64,000 nt of DNA from Lepidodermella squamata. Its lineage: Eukaryota; Animalia; Gastrotricha. Below the pieces are notes generated by a model. The model ran no database searches. It saw only the letters and a program-made list of their open reading frames with translations, and was not told the origin of the DNA. Positions within the stretch are counted from its first letter, which is position 1, and each line of letters starts with the position of its first letter. Below, one piece after another: positions 51,301 to 60,861 of this stretch. The stretch lies in NCBI GenBank assembly GCA_047495785.1, contig JBLDXI010000015.1, positions 1,240,001 through 1,304,000 of the forward strand. The letters run 5' to 3'. The translations under genes were made by a program, and so were the position numbers.

Positions 51301-54300
51301 GAGGTCATTCAGTGGTGCAAGAACGCGGTCATTTTCGCATTCTAAAAGAAACTACCCCCGATTCAATTGCGAACTACATCTTTTGGGTACCTCGGAAACC
51401 ACCGCTTCTTCTACCGATGGCACGGTTGCGGACATGCCGCTAGCAGTGCCGCTGGCTGCACCGTTTGTCGTCGCACAATAACAGCCTGTTACGGGTGTAA
51501 CGAACTAGGGCATTGCTTAGGTGACTGTCTAAACCCTATTTTTGTCGACATTTTTCAGAAATTGTTACCTTTTTGTGGCTGTGACGCCACCCGGCCATGA
51601 CACGTGCTCTTCTCGCACGCGCCCGTCTCTCCCGTCTCTCAGCATATAATTATGTAGATACTCGGACTGAATCGTTATTGATTACCTGTCCCGGTTAAAC
51701 CGCTCATCTATTCGACGAATCCGGTATGCTCAATTGCCTTTGCTTCCTTCCCCTTTTTCAAATCTAATCTCCGATCAGGGTCTTTCGTTTTGAATAAAAC
51801 AAGAGATCGTTGGAACAAGGTTGCCTCTTCGCCTTGAAATTATCGGTCTCCGCCACACTTTTAATCATTGGAGCGGTTATCGTTTGCGCCTCCAGAAGCG
51901 TTATCAAATTCTTTGAAGTGAAAAATTAGAGAATAAACTGTGAAAACTAACCTTGATTTTGAATAGCCGATTGAACAACGCGTTCGATGAGACCCGTAAA
52001 CGTCGCCCAAGCTCTGTTCGAAAACGAAGACTGCAGATGCGATAAGAACGCCGCGTTTTGAGTCACCGAAAACGACTGGCTGAACAAAGCTTCAAATCGA
52101 TCTTTCAGCGGCGCGAAGGTCTGCTTGAAATCAACAGGCCGATAACCGCCCAACAGATCAGTCGCATCAGTTTGCTGGCTCATATTCGCGATTCGAAGCT
52201 CGTGGCCGGTCGATCGGGCCAAATGCTGGACGAGGTAGGTCTTACCGCAGCCGGTTTCACCGACCAGTAGCATAGGCTCGGCTTGAATGGCGCCGCAACA
52301 CACGATTTCGAGCAGATTTGCGAAATGGCGGGTGAAAGACGTAACTCCATTCGATGGGCCGTGGTTAGATTCGGCTACAAACGGGTCGAAAGACGGGAAA
52401 TACGGCAAAATTGCGCGTCCAACCTAAAACATTTGCATTTGATTTTTAGAAGTGGTACAGTTAACCAATGAAAATTGTCATTTAAATTTTAAATTCAATT
52501 TAAATTTCAAAATTTTGATTTTTTCGAATTTTTCAATCCGAAATTTTGATTTTTCCGAAATTTTCATTCCGAAATTTAAATTTTAAATTTGTCCCAAAAT
52601 TTTTAATTTTAATTTTTTCCGAAATCTTGATTCCGAAATTTTGATTTTTTCAATCAAGTTCTCTAGATATGAATTCAAATCAAACCTTCAGATGTTTAGC
52701 ATTTTGGTGATTTTCGACGTGAGCCTTGTGGTTGAACAGCATGTGCTGCGCATTTTCCCGCGAAATGCTGAACAAGACGCCGAGTCGGGCGCATAGCTCC
52801 AGCCGTTCGTTGATATCCGGCATATGTGCCGTGAATACATCAACCGCTTCCAGCCAAATGCGATGAGCCATTGTCTCGCCGTCGTCTAAATTCGAAATTT
52901 GCCCGCCGTTGAGATAGCGATCGATTCTTCGAATCAGCTTGACAAAATCCCGCAGTGTCATTTGCTTACGACCGGCTAGTCGCGATAGCGTGGTTGAGGT
53001 TATCGCGCTTGGAGTCGCTTTTTCCTGGTCATTCTCAGCTGTACTCGTGGCTAGCAGTGAGTGAGCGGCGGTTGAGCAAAATGCTGAGACGGTTTGGAAA
53101 ATTTCCAACAATTTTCGCGAGAGATCTTCGCCAAAGAGACTCGTCGGAATTTGCTTGTTAATTATCTGGAAAAAACCATTTCGAAATATAATAAAATAGG
53201 AAAATTCAATGAATAAATGGCAGCTATGCAATAAGTATACTCGTTTTCAGACGAATAGGAATTTTTCCCATTATATTCCCAGAATATTTTACGAGAGAAA
53301 ATTGAAAATCATTTTAATTTTGATGGACAGAACAGCAATGAAACTAAGGCATTCATGTAGATTAAGTTTACACGCATCTCGACAAGCTTTTCCCAACTTA
53401 ATCGGTCAAATTGGGTGAATTCAACGCTCTCATAGGCTAAAGACTCGCCAAATGACTTTTGAGATTGCTCAACACTTTATTATTTGAAAGTTACTCGAAA
53501 ATTTGCCTTCGTCTACAAAAATTTGTCTTTTTGTTATAAAATCTTGAAACGAAATAAAGAAGATGTTATGTTATGTTATGTTACAAACTTCCGCCATTCA
53601 TGTTGCTTTTCAACTCCTCACTATCGACATTTGCCGAGCAGATGAATATTAATTGAGCTCATCAATCATGACATCATTTCGGTGCGGGCTGATCGAGTCG
53701 AGGAAAGAAGCTTGGACGCAACAGTTCTGTTATGCGCGTTTCACATACTTCAAGCGATTTGGCGCTGGTGAATCGAAAAGAACAATACCTACGATTTCTT
53801 CTGAAGATGCACCCGCCTTGCGTTAAAAAATTGCTGATTTTTTCCTTCAATTTTTGTAATTTTCGTATTTCAAGAAGTCTCATCTGCGCAGACTAAACGA
53901 CGCGCTTCCTGTCTACTGTCGACTGTCCTGCAAGTTATTGCTAGTAGAATTCGTCCAATGCAAGGCATTGTAGTAGCCCTAGTATTTGATAATGAAAATA
54001 AGATGCAGGCTTTACGAAAGCTTTTCCAGCAGTCTTCTATTGAAAGGGTTTCAACTCTATCGTACTCGCGAACGCGCGCTATTAGCGACATTCCTTCAAC
54101 GTCTTAAGCTAGTCAGGATACCTCGAGCTCGTCAGTCGACAGGCTTTCGACTGTCGGGCGCATTCGAAGTCTACTCGCTGCCTAGAAGATCGACAAGCCC
54201 AAGTTCGAGTCTAAGGCTACCAGGCAGTGCGTTATTTGGAACAAAATAACTAAGGTACCCAACGAGGGCACGCCCGTCTCGCCTTAACAAAGTGGCGAGC

Positions 54301-56305
54301 AGTGCCGCTTGAAGATACAACGGCAATCTTCTAAGAAATCTTCTAAGAAGCCGTCCACTCACGTCCAATAATTTCCGGCTTGCGGGATAATTCAGGGCTG
54401 GATTGCCGAATTCATTAGGGCGCCCAAGTTTCTCGGATTTTTCGATTGCTTTTTCCCACGATTCCCAGAAAAACGTGGAGTCGCTAATCCATGTTTTCAC
54501 GGTGGGTATTTGACAAGACCATTTTATTGTTTTCCCGTGAAATCAGACGGGCTGGCTGCCCGGGGAATGAAAAACACCAAATGGGGGAAGCGTCGGTTTG
54601 GGACAAGATGTCTATGCCGAGCCTACAAGCTAGTTTCATTACATTAATCAGTGGTTTCCACTGGACCGGTACACTGTAATTTTTATTGGTTCCATCAATA
54701 AGAAATTATGGTTTTTCAACTTACAAGTTTGATTTCTTCCGGCTCGAGGGGTTCCAACTCGATGATCGACCACACGTGGTTCGAAATCAACGCCTGTTTC
54801 AGATGCGCGTCTGAATGCATGCCTTTCGACGTGCGAAGCGTCGCGAATAGCCGAAAGTCCGGGTGCGGTACCAACGGCCGATTGCAACTCGGCAGGCGGA
54901 CCGATCGAAATTCAGCCAGGTGAACAATGGCTGACAACGCATCGGCCGAGGCTGCGTCGAGGTCTTCGAGCAGCAGCCAGTAGCCGTGGCGGACGGCCTC
55001 GGTGAGAGGGCCCGGTTGCCATACGAACTGGCCGGGTTCTTCGCCGACCACGTAGTTGCCAATCAGGCTCTTGCCGTCCATCTGGTCGTGTAGTTGAAGT
55101 CGGGTGAAACGAACCGAATCAGATCGGCCGTTGATTTTTGCATACAGAGTGAGCAAAGAAGTTTTTCCTTGAAAATACGCAAAATTAAAAATAGGAAATC
55201 CGGAAAATTCTACAAAAGTAACGCAGGAAATACATAGGAAAGGGTTCGGAAACTCTAAAATGAGAGTCGAAGTCACATCTCATGGCCAGAAAATTTTTAG
55301 AAAAATTCGAAAATCACGAGAATAGTCATCAAATATGGGTAAAATTCCGAAAATTACCGAGCCAGTTACCCACGGGATTTTCTCCAATAAACATTGCATT
55401 TCTTCGGTTAAATCGCGGAAAAACGATGGAAAATTCTCTCGGTAGGTATAATTTGATAAAATTTAATTCCATAAAATAGTTAGGAAAATTTCTGAGAAAA
55501 ATCAGCCTTCCGAGAGAAATTCCACGCATCATTAGTGTGAGAAATGTTCAACAATTTTCATAATTCAAAATTCAAAAGCTTGATCAATATTTTCCAAATT
55601 TGTGGACTCGTATTATTCATATATTTTCATTCGCAGTTGCTAACGTAAAAATTTATCTCAATAGGCTACCTTCAGAAGTGTTTTTGGAAAAATTACTCAT
55701 TCAAAATTGGGAATCTCAACTAAATAATAATGGAAAAGTTCCGATGAATTATATACCGAAAAATTCGAGTTTGAAACTGATTTATGAATTTTTCAAATAA
55801 TAATTACACAATTTTAAAATTCAAAATTGCATCTCTTTCCTTGCAAGGTAATGAGTTGAATGATGAAACCGGCTCTTTTTTTCTTTAGTCGTATGTGTTT
55901 TCCCTCACCTGAGCAAATGGGTCCTTGCAGCAGCACTGGAACGCCCTTCGTTGTTAACCTGTCTAACAACAGCAGCGCCTGTCCCAGTTTTTCAGTCAGC
56001 ACAAAATCCTCATCCCCATCACCGTGTTTGAGCAAATATTCAACAGTTTTCGAAGCACAACGATCCATTTTATCATCCTCACACCGTTTTCCATGCCCAC
56101 CTTTCGTCATTCTTTTAAAACACATGAAATTATTATTTGTTGTCTCCCTTTTTGATGTAACTTGAGCTTACTCCATGAGTTCTTCATCAGTCAGCTCTTC
56201 AATATTCGAATTTCCGCGCCATCTTCCCAGCAATGTCCTGGCCCATCGTGATGAAGGATCAGCAAGCAAACGGTCAAGCGCTTCTACCACCAAATTATCA
56301 GCCAT
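6348..56305 (-). CDS. MDN1: Midasin (Rea1), AAA+ ATPase for pre-60S maturation, about 4,921 aa, 22 exons
   Basis: Six Walker A motifs (GPICSGKT, GETGCGKT, GETAVGKT, GDTGCGKT, GPPGVGKT, GDEFSGKT), helical linker, D/E-rich tail and a VWA/MIDAS domain (DDSHSM..T..LTDG). Exons: 56305-56172, 56111-55909, 55167-54725, 53165-52686, 52423-51952, 48829-47944, 45392-44616, 43297-42542, 41401-41058, 39704-39169, 39114-38851, 38624-38388, 38205-38077, 29781-29535, 29318-28945, 28873-28749, 28692-28046, 25883-22456, 14679-12374, 10734-9583, 7976-7654, 6850-6348. Sum is 14,766 nt, divisible by 3. AATAAA at about 6270. The start ATG is inferred. Confidence 0.96.
8400..8920 (+). mobile_element. Internally deleted hAT transposase remnant
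   Basis: CTICK..WRNLKKKLFSHL zinc-finger-like piece joined to the hAT dimerisation motif TAECERGFSAMNLL..R, then a GT-AG intron, then VFIVKCNGPDTEDFECDKYVTSWL. No TIRs found. Confidence 0.75.
11756..12090 (+). mobile_element. pogo/Tigger-like (psq + CENP-B HTH) transposase N-terminal remnant
   Basis: RVAAAVEMHVEEGKSLRKAAKFFNV*..GQQPVLNADQERRVVDHLINLSECGW, with a stop and a frameshift. Confidence 0.65.
12108..12167. repeat. Degenerate telomere-like (CCCTAA/GCCTAA)n tract
   Basis: ctaaccctaacccaaaccctaacttaaccctaaccctaagcctaagcctaaccctaa, read directly from the sequence. Confidence 0.85.
14695..18271 (+). mobile_element. Sola2-type DNA transposon with intact ends and an internally deleted transposase
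   Basis: TIR GGGTGATTCCA...TGGAATCACCC with 5'-GRG terminus. 4-bp TSD AAAT (14691-14694 / 18272-18275). Intron-containing transposase with QIDFAENF..EVQSAHW..QVTL..SD..HD..FSDGAKMHFK..WHFFASYHGKG and a C-terminal Cys-rich finger. Confidence 0.85.
18299..18502 (+). mobile_element. Very short 3' remnant of an RLE (R2-like) non-LTR retrotransposon
   Basis: LNKSLLNDIVHSVVKDLCRILHYHLYNNK* matches the C-terminus of ORF 21656-22039. Shares the 3' UTR end tgtttt..caataaaaca. Confidence 0.7.
18720..19010 (+). mobile_element. MULE/Mutator transposase fragment
   Basis: FVLHDSG..DRFFIFGT..L..L..ADGKFKMAPKYFLQLFTIH, then after a frameshift PALFGLLPNKYRTTYDRFF. Confidence 0.8.
19200..19465 (+). mobile_element. 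Ginger2/TDD-like integrase C-terminal remnant
   Basis: ELGTKEGTL..FLPEDVP followed by CRGANCRCRKNELICNSRCHPRKNCDN, a Cys-rich tail typical of these elements. Confidence 0.6.
19932..21016 (+). mobile_element. Non-autonomous MULE with repeat-built TIRs
   Basis: TIRs of about 100 bp built from TTCCGCAG units (19940-20045 vs 20876-21016). Flanking direct repeat ATTCGAATCGAT (19920-19931 / 21017-21028). Internal DGSKAITNAARKVF..RLMCWFHL..STTNNGLESRNG with a stop codon. Confidence 0.8.
21619..22174 (+). mobile_element. 5'-truncated RLE-encoding (R2-superclade) non-LTR retrotransposon
   Basis: ALRKNG..HEEV..DG..RRVDNIAYD..GIVIDPAIR..EKRAIY..GAFIGARG (PD-(D/E)XK-type endonuclease). AATAAA near the end. 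Candidate 7-bp TSD TGCGTTC (21612-21618 / 22175-22181). Confidence 0.75.
30137..30294 (+). promoter_or_regulatory. Putative TATA box and non-coding first exon of the nested GPCR
   Basis: TATAAAAG at 30137-30144 in a CpG-rich patch. Consensus donor AAG|GTAAGT at 30294/30295. Acceptor TTTTTCTATAG at 30925, upstream of the ATG at 31140. Confidence 0.5.
31140..37846 (+). CDS. Nested class A (rhodopsin-like) orphan GPCR, about 1,252 aa (exons 31140-31274, 31847-32750, 33141-33982, 34483-35320, 35997-36432, 37243-37846)
   Basis: Seven hydrophobic segments with TM1 GN, TM3 Cys plus ECL2 Cys, TM4 W, TM6 FWYP and TM7 NAPLTP. All introns are GT-AG and phase-compatible (3,759 nt total). Resembles invertebrate SREB/GPR85-like orphans (from memory, not searched). 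Confidence 0.85.
40103..40121. repeat. (AC)n microsatellite
   Basis: acacacacacacacacaca. Confidence 0.9.
40393..40505 (+). ncRNA. Candidate pre-miRNA H1 (family A, 3p GGUUGCACAAUAGUACUCAGGGC)
   Basis: 5' arm gttgcctcgagtctatttgtggagcctg pairs with caggttgcacaatagtactcagggcgac. Long structured loop. 3p arm nearly identical to H5. Confidence 0.7.
40552..40636 (+). ncRNA. Candidate pre-miRNA H2 (family B, 3p ACUGGCACAAUCCGAUGUCAGG)
   Basis: gatatcgcatttgtgccggt pairs with actggcacaatccgatgtc, with G-U wobbles on the + strand. Basal stem present. Confidence 0.75.
40676..40771 (+). ncRNA. Candidate pre-miRNA H3 (family B, 3p ACUGGCACAAACCGAUGUCAGG)
   Basis: tacggttcccgacatctttttgtgagcagtg pairs with cactggcacaaaccgatgtcaggggatcgta. 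Confidence 0.75.
40812..40912 (+). ncRNA. Candidate pre-miRNA H4, miR-2-family seed (3p UAUCACAGUCCAGACAAGGUGAC)
   Basis: cgcctagtttggacttgggattgctg pairs with cagctatcacagtccagacaaggtg. The 3p arm starts UAUCACAG at 40880, the miR-2/13/11/43 seed. Confidence 0.8.
40950..41035 (+). ncRNA. Candidate pre-miRNA H5 (family A, 3p GGUUGCACAACAGAACUCAGGGC)
   Basis: ctgtccagccgttcccttgttctggtggtgcagcctg, a 10-nt loop, then taggttgcacaacagaactcagggcgacggctcgtacag. Canonical hairpin geometry. Confidence 0.8.
41449..41543 (+). ncRNA. Candidate pre-miRNA H6 (family B, 3p ACUGGCACAAAUUGAUGUCAGG)
   Basis: ttcccgacgtcattttgtggacagtg pairs with cactggcacaaattgatgtcagggga. Lies in the next MDN1 intron. Confidence 0.75.
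46745..47200 (+). mobile_element. Decayed Gypsy-like integrase (rve) fragment
   Basis: ITPETIVRCL..FPTVLLSDQGTQLDSELV..HPQGNDQVE*..YLPQVMRAYCTALHESTRASPHEAVFG, with stops and frameshifts. Confidence 0.75.
50185..50468 (-). mobile_element. Possible solo LTR (TGTT...AACA)
   Basis: Minus strand starts TGTTCG and ends CGAAACA, with an internal TATAAA and AATAAA near the end. No matching TSD, PBS or PPT. Confidence 0.4.
50840..51200 (+). mobile_element. LINE ORF2 fragment (endonuclease-RT linker)
   Basis: RFVFSRANWPGYEEE..QFADSLIEVMLLSAAVTIP matches the ANW..F..AA..IP linker of APE-type LINEs. Confidence 0.55.
51400..51540 (+). mobile_element. Gag-like CCHC zinc-knuckle remnant
   Basis: CYGCNELGHCLGDC (Cx2Cx4Hx4C), preceded by a decayed second knuckle. 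Confidence 0.55.
51574..51857 (+). mobile_element. Solo LTR, 284 bp
   Basis: TGTGGC...GCCACA terminal inverted repeat, perfect 5-bp TSD CTTTT (51569-51573 / 51858-51862), internal AATAAA. Confidence 0.85.
53562..54650 (-). mobile_element. Decayed 5'-truncated LINE with (ATAAC)n tail
   Basis: Tandem tail gttatgttatgttatgtta at about 53565-53583. Fragmentary RT C-terminal-like peptides (RRFLRRL..., LPGSLRLELGL). Confidence 0.5.
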
Positions 56306-56838
56306 ATTTTCCCCGTTAACAACGAGAAAATTACAAAAAAGACGGAGTTCTTCCCGCAAAACTTCTCTTTTCGCTTTTAATCAAATTTGATTTTTCACAA
56401 AATCTATATTCACAAAAAGACAACACAAAATACAATGCTTGAAGGCGATTTCATCGGTATTAAATTTTTTAATAAAAAAATTATCGAAGCGTACATGCGG
56501 TTAGTAGATCGAAACGTTTTGTTGTACTATGAACCGAAATTTCAACCTTAATCGGAAATTAAAGACAAATAGTTTTTCAACTTTCATGTACCTTTCTATA
56601 AATCATTCGAAAAATTCCAGGAATAATTTCCGATTTCAGAAATGAATTTAAGGGTAATTCACATTGGAAAGTTTGAATTGAAATATTGGAATTTATATAA
56701 ATGAAATTGTGCAGGTATAAATTTCAAATTCAGATTCGGTTTATCGCTATTGCAACAAAACGTTTCGTTGACATTTTCCAAGAAAATGCATATTTTCAAA
56801 ATAAGCACGATTATTTCTAATATTTGAAAGCAGTAAAG

Positions 56839-57186
56839 CTAGCCCCACGCCACCATGCCGCAGTAATGCACGTAAAGCTTGTTGTCGCAGCTGAAGGAAT
56901 CGAATAGTTGGCCGAGTTCGACGTCGGGCGTCGGCGAAAACGCCTGGTTGACGAACAGAAACAGCGGCTCGCTTTCGGGTAGCGCCAGGGTCTTCCTTAA
57001 AACCTGCATTAACGCACCAACGGTCTTTTCCTCGGGCATCGATAGTTTCTGGTACTGTTTTTTCAGCAGCGGAGCTCCGCCAGCAGCTGATAGTTGAATC
57101 GTCACTTTTCTAGAGCCACCAGATGCTGATGCAGCGGCTTTCGGAACTGGTTTGGGCGAGGCCGTGCCCTCATCACCATCGCTCAT
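56839..57186 (-). CDS. ATG12: Autophagy ubiquitin-like protein ATG12
   Basis: KVTIQLSAAGGAPLLKK..LFLFVNQAFSPTPD..LYVHYCGMVAWG with the terminal Gly. Intronless. Confidence 0.95.
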   Translation of the reverse strand: MSDGDEGTASPKPVPKAAASASGGSRKVTIQLSAAGGAPLLKKQYQKLSMPEEKTVGALMQVLRKTLALPESEPLFLFVNQAFSPTPDVELGQLFDSFSCDNKLYVHYCGMVAWG

Positions 57187-57907
57187 TATTAAATATAATT
57201 TGTCAACTGAAATGAAAGAAAATTATTTTTTTCAATTTTCACGAAGAGCGTTCAGGGACGTTTATTTGCTAAATTCATTATATTCCATTGATGAACAACT
57301 CGACATCAAGTATGAAAAAGATCAAATCCAGAAATATATCTAGCAATCACATACAGCGAAAAACGATAATTCAATTCGACAAAAATTTCAAGGCGGATTA
57401 CACATCTCACTGTTATACGATGAATACAAACGATCCCGATTCAAGGCGTAAAATTCTTAAAGAGCGGCAGTGGTTACTGGGATCTTTTTCGTCATTCATA
57501 TATAGGGAATATTAACCGGATAAATCTCCATTAGTGACAATTTAATTCTTACTCGGATTAGTAGTTTTAGTTATCAGGACTAATAGCAGCACCGATCTAA
57601 ATAGGTAGAGAGTGAACAGTGAACACGAGGAGACGAACACGGAAACGCAAACGAGAAAAAGTTAAGGAGGCGCCTCGAAATCACGTAAAATATCAACGCA
57701 GTAATACACGTATAAAATAAAACAAAAAAGAAATCTGCGTTTTTCGCTACGTTTGTTCTCCTTCGCGCGTACAAATCGAAAAAATTCACAAAATAATGGC
57801 AATATGTATGTATAACTCGATAGTTTTAATTCACGGTATTATTTTATCATGCTGATGTCTTTCAATTTCAATTGTTTTCACGCGAGAAAAATCGGGTTTA
57901 TTTTGTT

Positions 57908-59630
57908 CTACGATGACGTTGTTTTACTGGCGCTTCCTTCAGGAGACTCGCGATCTTTACCCTGACCTGATGTTGGACTCGTGGATTTCGGGCTCGTATA
58001 GCCGTTCAATTCACTGTTTGTGATTAGTGGAAAGTTTTTCGCGAAGGCGAGAGGCAGGTTGTTGTCACCCAGGGGCGGCACAGCGCCGTACAAACTGTGC
58101 TTGTAGATGTAGTCGATGACGCCGTCTTGGAGCAAATAACGAACGGACTCGCCTCGACGCAGAGCACGTCTCACCTGCAAAAAAAAGAATATTTTTTCCA
58201 TAAAGCTCACTTCGAAATAAAACCAAATTGTAGCCAAATAACCGTTACGCTACAAATTTGTTGCCAAAAGCGTAAAAAGCGCATACTCTAATTCGCCCGA
58301 ATAACTTTTTGAATGACCTAAGCTTTTCGATTTTCCTTCCAAACGTCTCTTGAATCACGACAATGTTATGAGGTAGTATATGGAAAATTACCCATAAATT
58401 TTCATAATTACGAATTTGACGACTAATAACCAGGTCCAAAGACAATGAGATTTTATCCTAAACCGTAGCTCCAAGCTCCAACTTTACGCTCTTCGCTCAA
58501 TTTCAGTACATATTTTCACCATTGATTAAAACAAGGTCGTGCGATTATTAAAAGGCTGAAAGGCATTTCACAACTGTTCTTTCTGATGCATCTCAATGCG
58601 AAAAAACGATGACGGCGCGAAACGTATACAAGGACGCAATTGCGCTCTCGTTGACCAAGAACATTATTTTAGGCATCAATCTTGTGAGCAGCGAATCAAA
58701 AATTAGGCCAATGGTGAATTTGTGGAACACGCATCGTAAAACACGAATTTTGGTCAAAAATATCTTGATGAAAAAATAATTCAAAATATTAACCTTTGTG
58801 GAGCTAATTTCATTCACAATCCAGTCAGTCACAATGAAAATGTTATGCCGATTAACATTGAGCAAATCTGATTCGTAGATGAAGCGATCAGCGTTTGAGC
58901 CGTACCGGTTGATGCAAACAATACCGAAACGGCCGGCTATTGTCAGAATGTCTTCATCGGCCCACAAGCCGGGCACAGCGAATGACTCGAACAAGTCAGC
59001 ACCGCAAAGAAACATCACGCGGACACCCGGGTTGGGCGCGACTTCATTCGATTGGATCAAATGACGAGGGCCCTGGCGCATTGGCGGCGGGCTGGGTGAT
59101 CGATGGCGGTAGTCTTCCTCGTACATAGCCGCTAAACCGCTTTGTTGCCTCATCGGGAAATTTGACGAGTAACTGCGATGAGATGATGATGGGTGTGGGT
59201 GGTGATTGTTCGGGGCGACGTCGACTTTCGCACGTTTCGGCTCGCCGGCTCCATCCTGGGTCGGAGCACCGCCTTCCTCCTCGATTTTCCCGGTTTTCTC
59301 CCACCAATCATCGAGTTTCTTCTGAAAATACTCGAGAACATCGCGGGTCGGCATCCAATTTGGCTGACTACATTCCCATGTGTCTAAATGAATCCAAGAA
59401 GCGGGTGTTAGGGCGGCTCGAATGATATTGCATCGATGTTCGGCCGAAACGAGGTCGCGCTTCTTATAACCATCACTAACAGGTGAAATGAAACCGATAA
59501 CCGGGTCATAACCGGCGTTTCGAAGTGCGTCTCTCGCTAGTTCGAACATACGCAGGTGCATGTTTGTGATTGGATTGTACGAGCCGCACATAACGAGAGC
59601 AACTCGTTGGACGGTCGGTAACAGCGCCAT
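57908..59630 (-). CDS. NMNAT: Nicotinamide mononucleotide adenylyltransferase (exons 59630-58794, 58174-57908)
   Basis: CGSYNPITNMHLRMFE (GxxxPx[T/H]xxH), LCGADLFESFAVPGLW, NEISSTK|VRRALRRGESVRYL. Confidence 0.95.
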
Positions 59631-59826
59631 CTCCCATACAAACAACGTAAAAACCACCTAAAACAAAACAAAATCAGTATTCATACTTTAATAAAATGCA
59701 AAAAATCGAAGCAGGAAGAATTTTACGAGTGACAAGTTACAGCAGTCGTGGATATAAAAAACGCAATTTTTCTACGTTAATATTGTGTTGGTACCGGTGT
59801 CAACCTAAAAAAATAATCGTTTGTTT

Positions 59827-60861
59827 TTAATCTTCGTTGCTTCGGTGGCTGGTGCGAGCTGTCCTAGCCTTAGTAATAAATCGTTTGAACAAATGATCGG
59901 TGATGCGAACGGCCGGAGTAAGAATAGGAATCGGCGAAAAAGTGACAAGAACCGATGAATAAGGAGCACTGGATTGATCATTAACTTGAACAGCTCGATG
60001 TGGCACTTGCGATTCCATGGCTGAGACGATGAAAACCGGGAAAAGCAGCGAGAAAACGCAGCCTCGTACAAAAATGGAAGAAAATCCAACGCATACACTG
60101 GCTAGGATGAGCCCAAAACCGCAATAATAGGGCCAATAACGTTCGAGTTGAGAAATTCGATCAGCCACCTTGCGACCTTCGCTTGTCCAGCGATAATCAA
60201 AACAGTAAAATGAGCAGAGTAACGAATGATGAAGGAGTCCAATCAGCCACCCGATGCCAGGAATCATCGTAAATAGTTCGGCCTGAATGAGGACAATGAC
60301 TTGAATAATGAGGGAAAACACAATACTAGCTAGAGATTGACCCATTCCCATATTTACGATCTTAGTATCTCGTCGTTGATAATAAACAACGTCAGCTAAA
60401 TCTTGAAACCATATGGCATTAACAACTTTTCCGATGAGAAATAGGGGTAGCAGCCATAAGCAATCGAAAGCGAGTTCCAAAACGGCGAACATCAACGTTA
60501 GGAAGGTAGATTGGGCATGACCTGGAATTAGACGCTCCACTATCCAGGAAACGAAAGGCAAAAGAATCCAGTTGAAAGCAGCGATTGATACAAAGAATAT
60601 GATGCCGTTCCATAGCAGACATTGGCAAAATAATCTTCGAGGACTGCGTGTGAACGCGCTTGGCTGGCGGTTAGCATTGTTTCCAGCGTCAGCCTCCAGC
60701 AATTTCTGACGCTCAAGACGTCGCCTTTGAAGTACGGTTAGTTGCTGCCCATTGGCAGCAGCATTTAGGGCAACCTTAGAAACTGGTTCGAGACTCCAGA
60801 ATTTGTAGCATCCAGAGAGGGAATGCAGCAATCCATGTCCAAAGTAAAAAACGTGATCCAT
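59827..60861 (-). CDS. EI24: Etoposide-induced protein 2.4 / EPG-4-like multi-pass ER autophagy protein
   Basis: QCLLWNG..LWLLPLFLIGKVVNAIWFQDLAD..LLCSFYCFDYRW..LERYWPYYCGFG..GCVFSLLFPVFIVSA. Intronless. Confidence 0.92.
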   Translation of the reverse strand: MDHVFYFGHGLLHSLSGCYKFWSLEPVSKVALNAAANGQQLTVLQRRRLERQKLLEADAGNNANRQPSAFTRSPRRLFCQCLLWNGIIFFVSIAAFNWILLPFVSWIVERLIPGHAQSTFLTLMFAVLELAFDCLWLLPLFLIGKVVNAIWFQDLADVVYYQRRDTKIVNMGMGQSLASIVFSLIIQVIVLIQAELFTMIPGIGWLIGLLHHSLLCSFYCFDYRWTSEGRKVADRISQLERYWPYYCGFGLILASVCVGFSSIFVRGCVFSLLFPVFIVSAMESQVPHRAVQVNDQSSAPYSSVLVTFSPIPILTPAVRITDHLFKRFITKARTARTSHRSNED

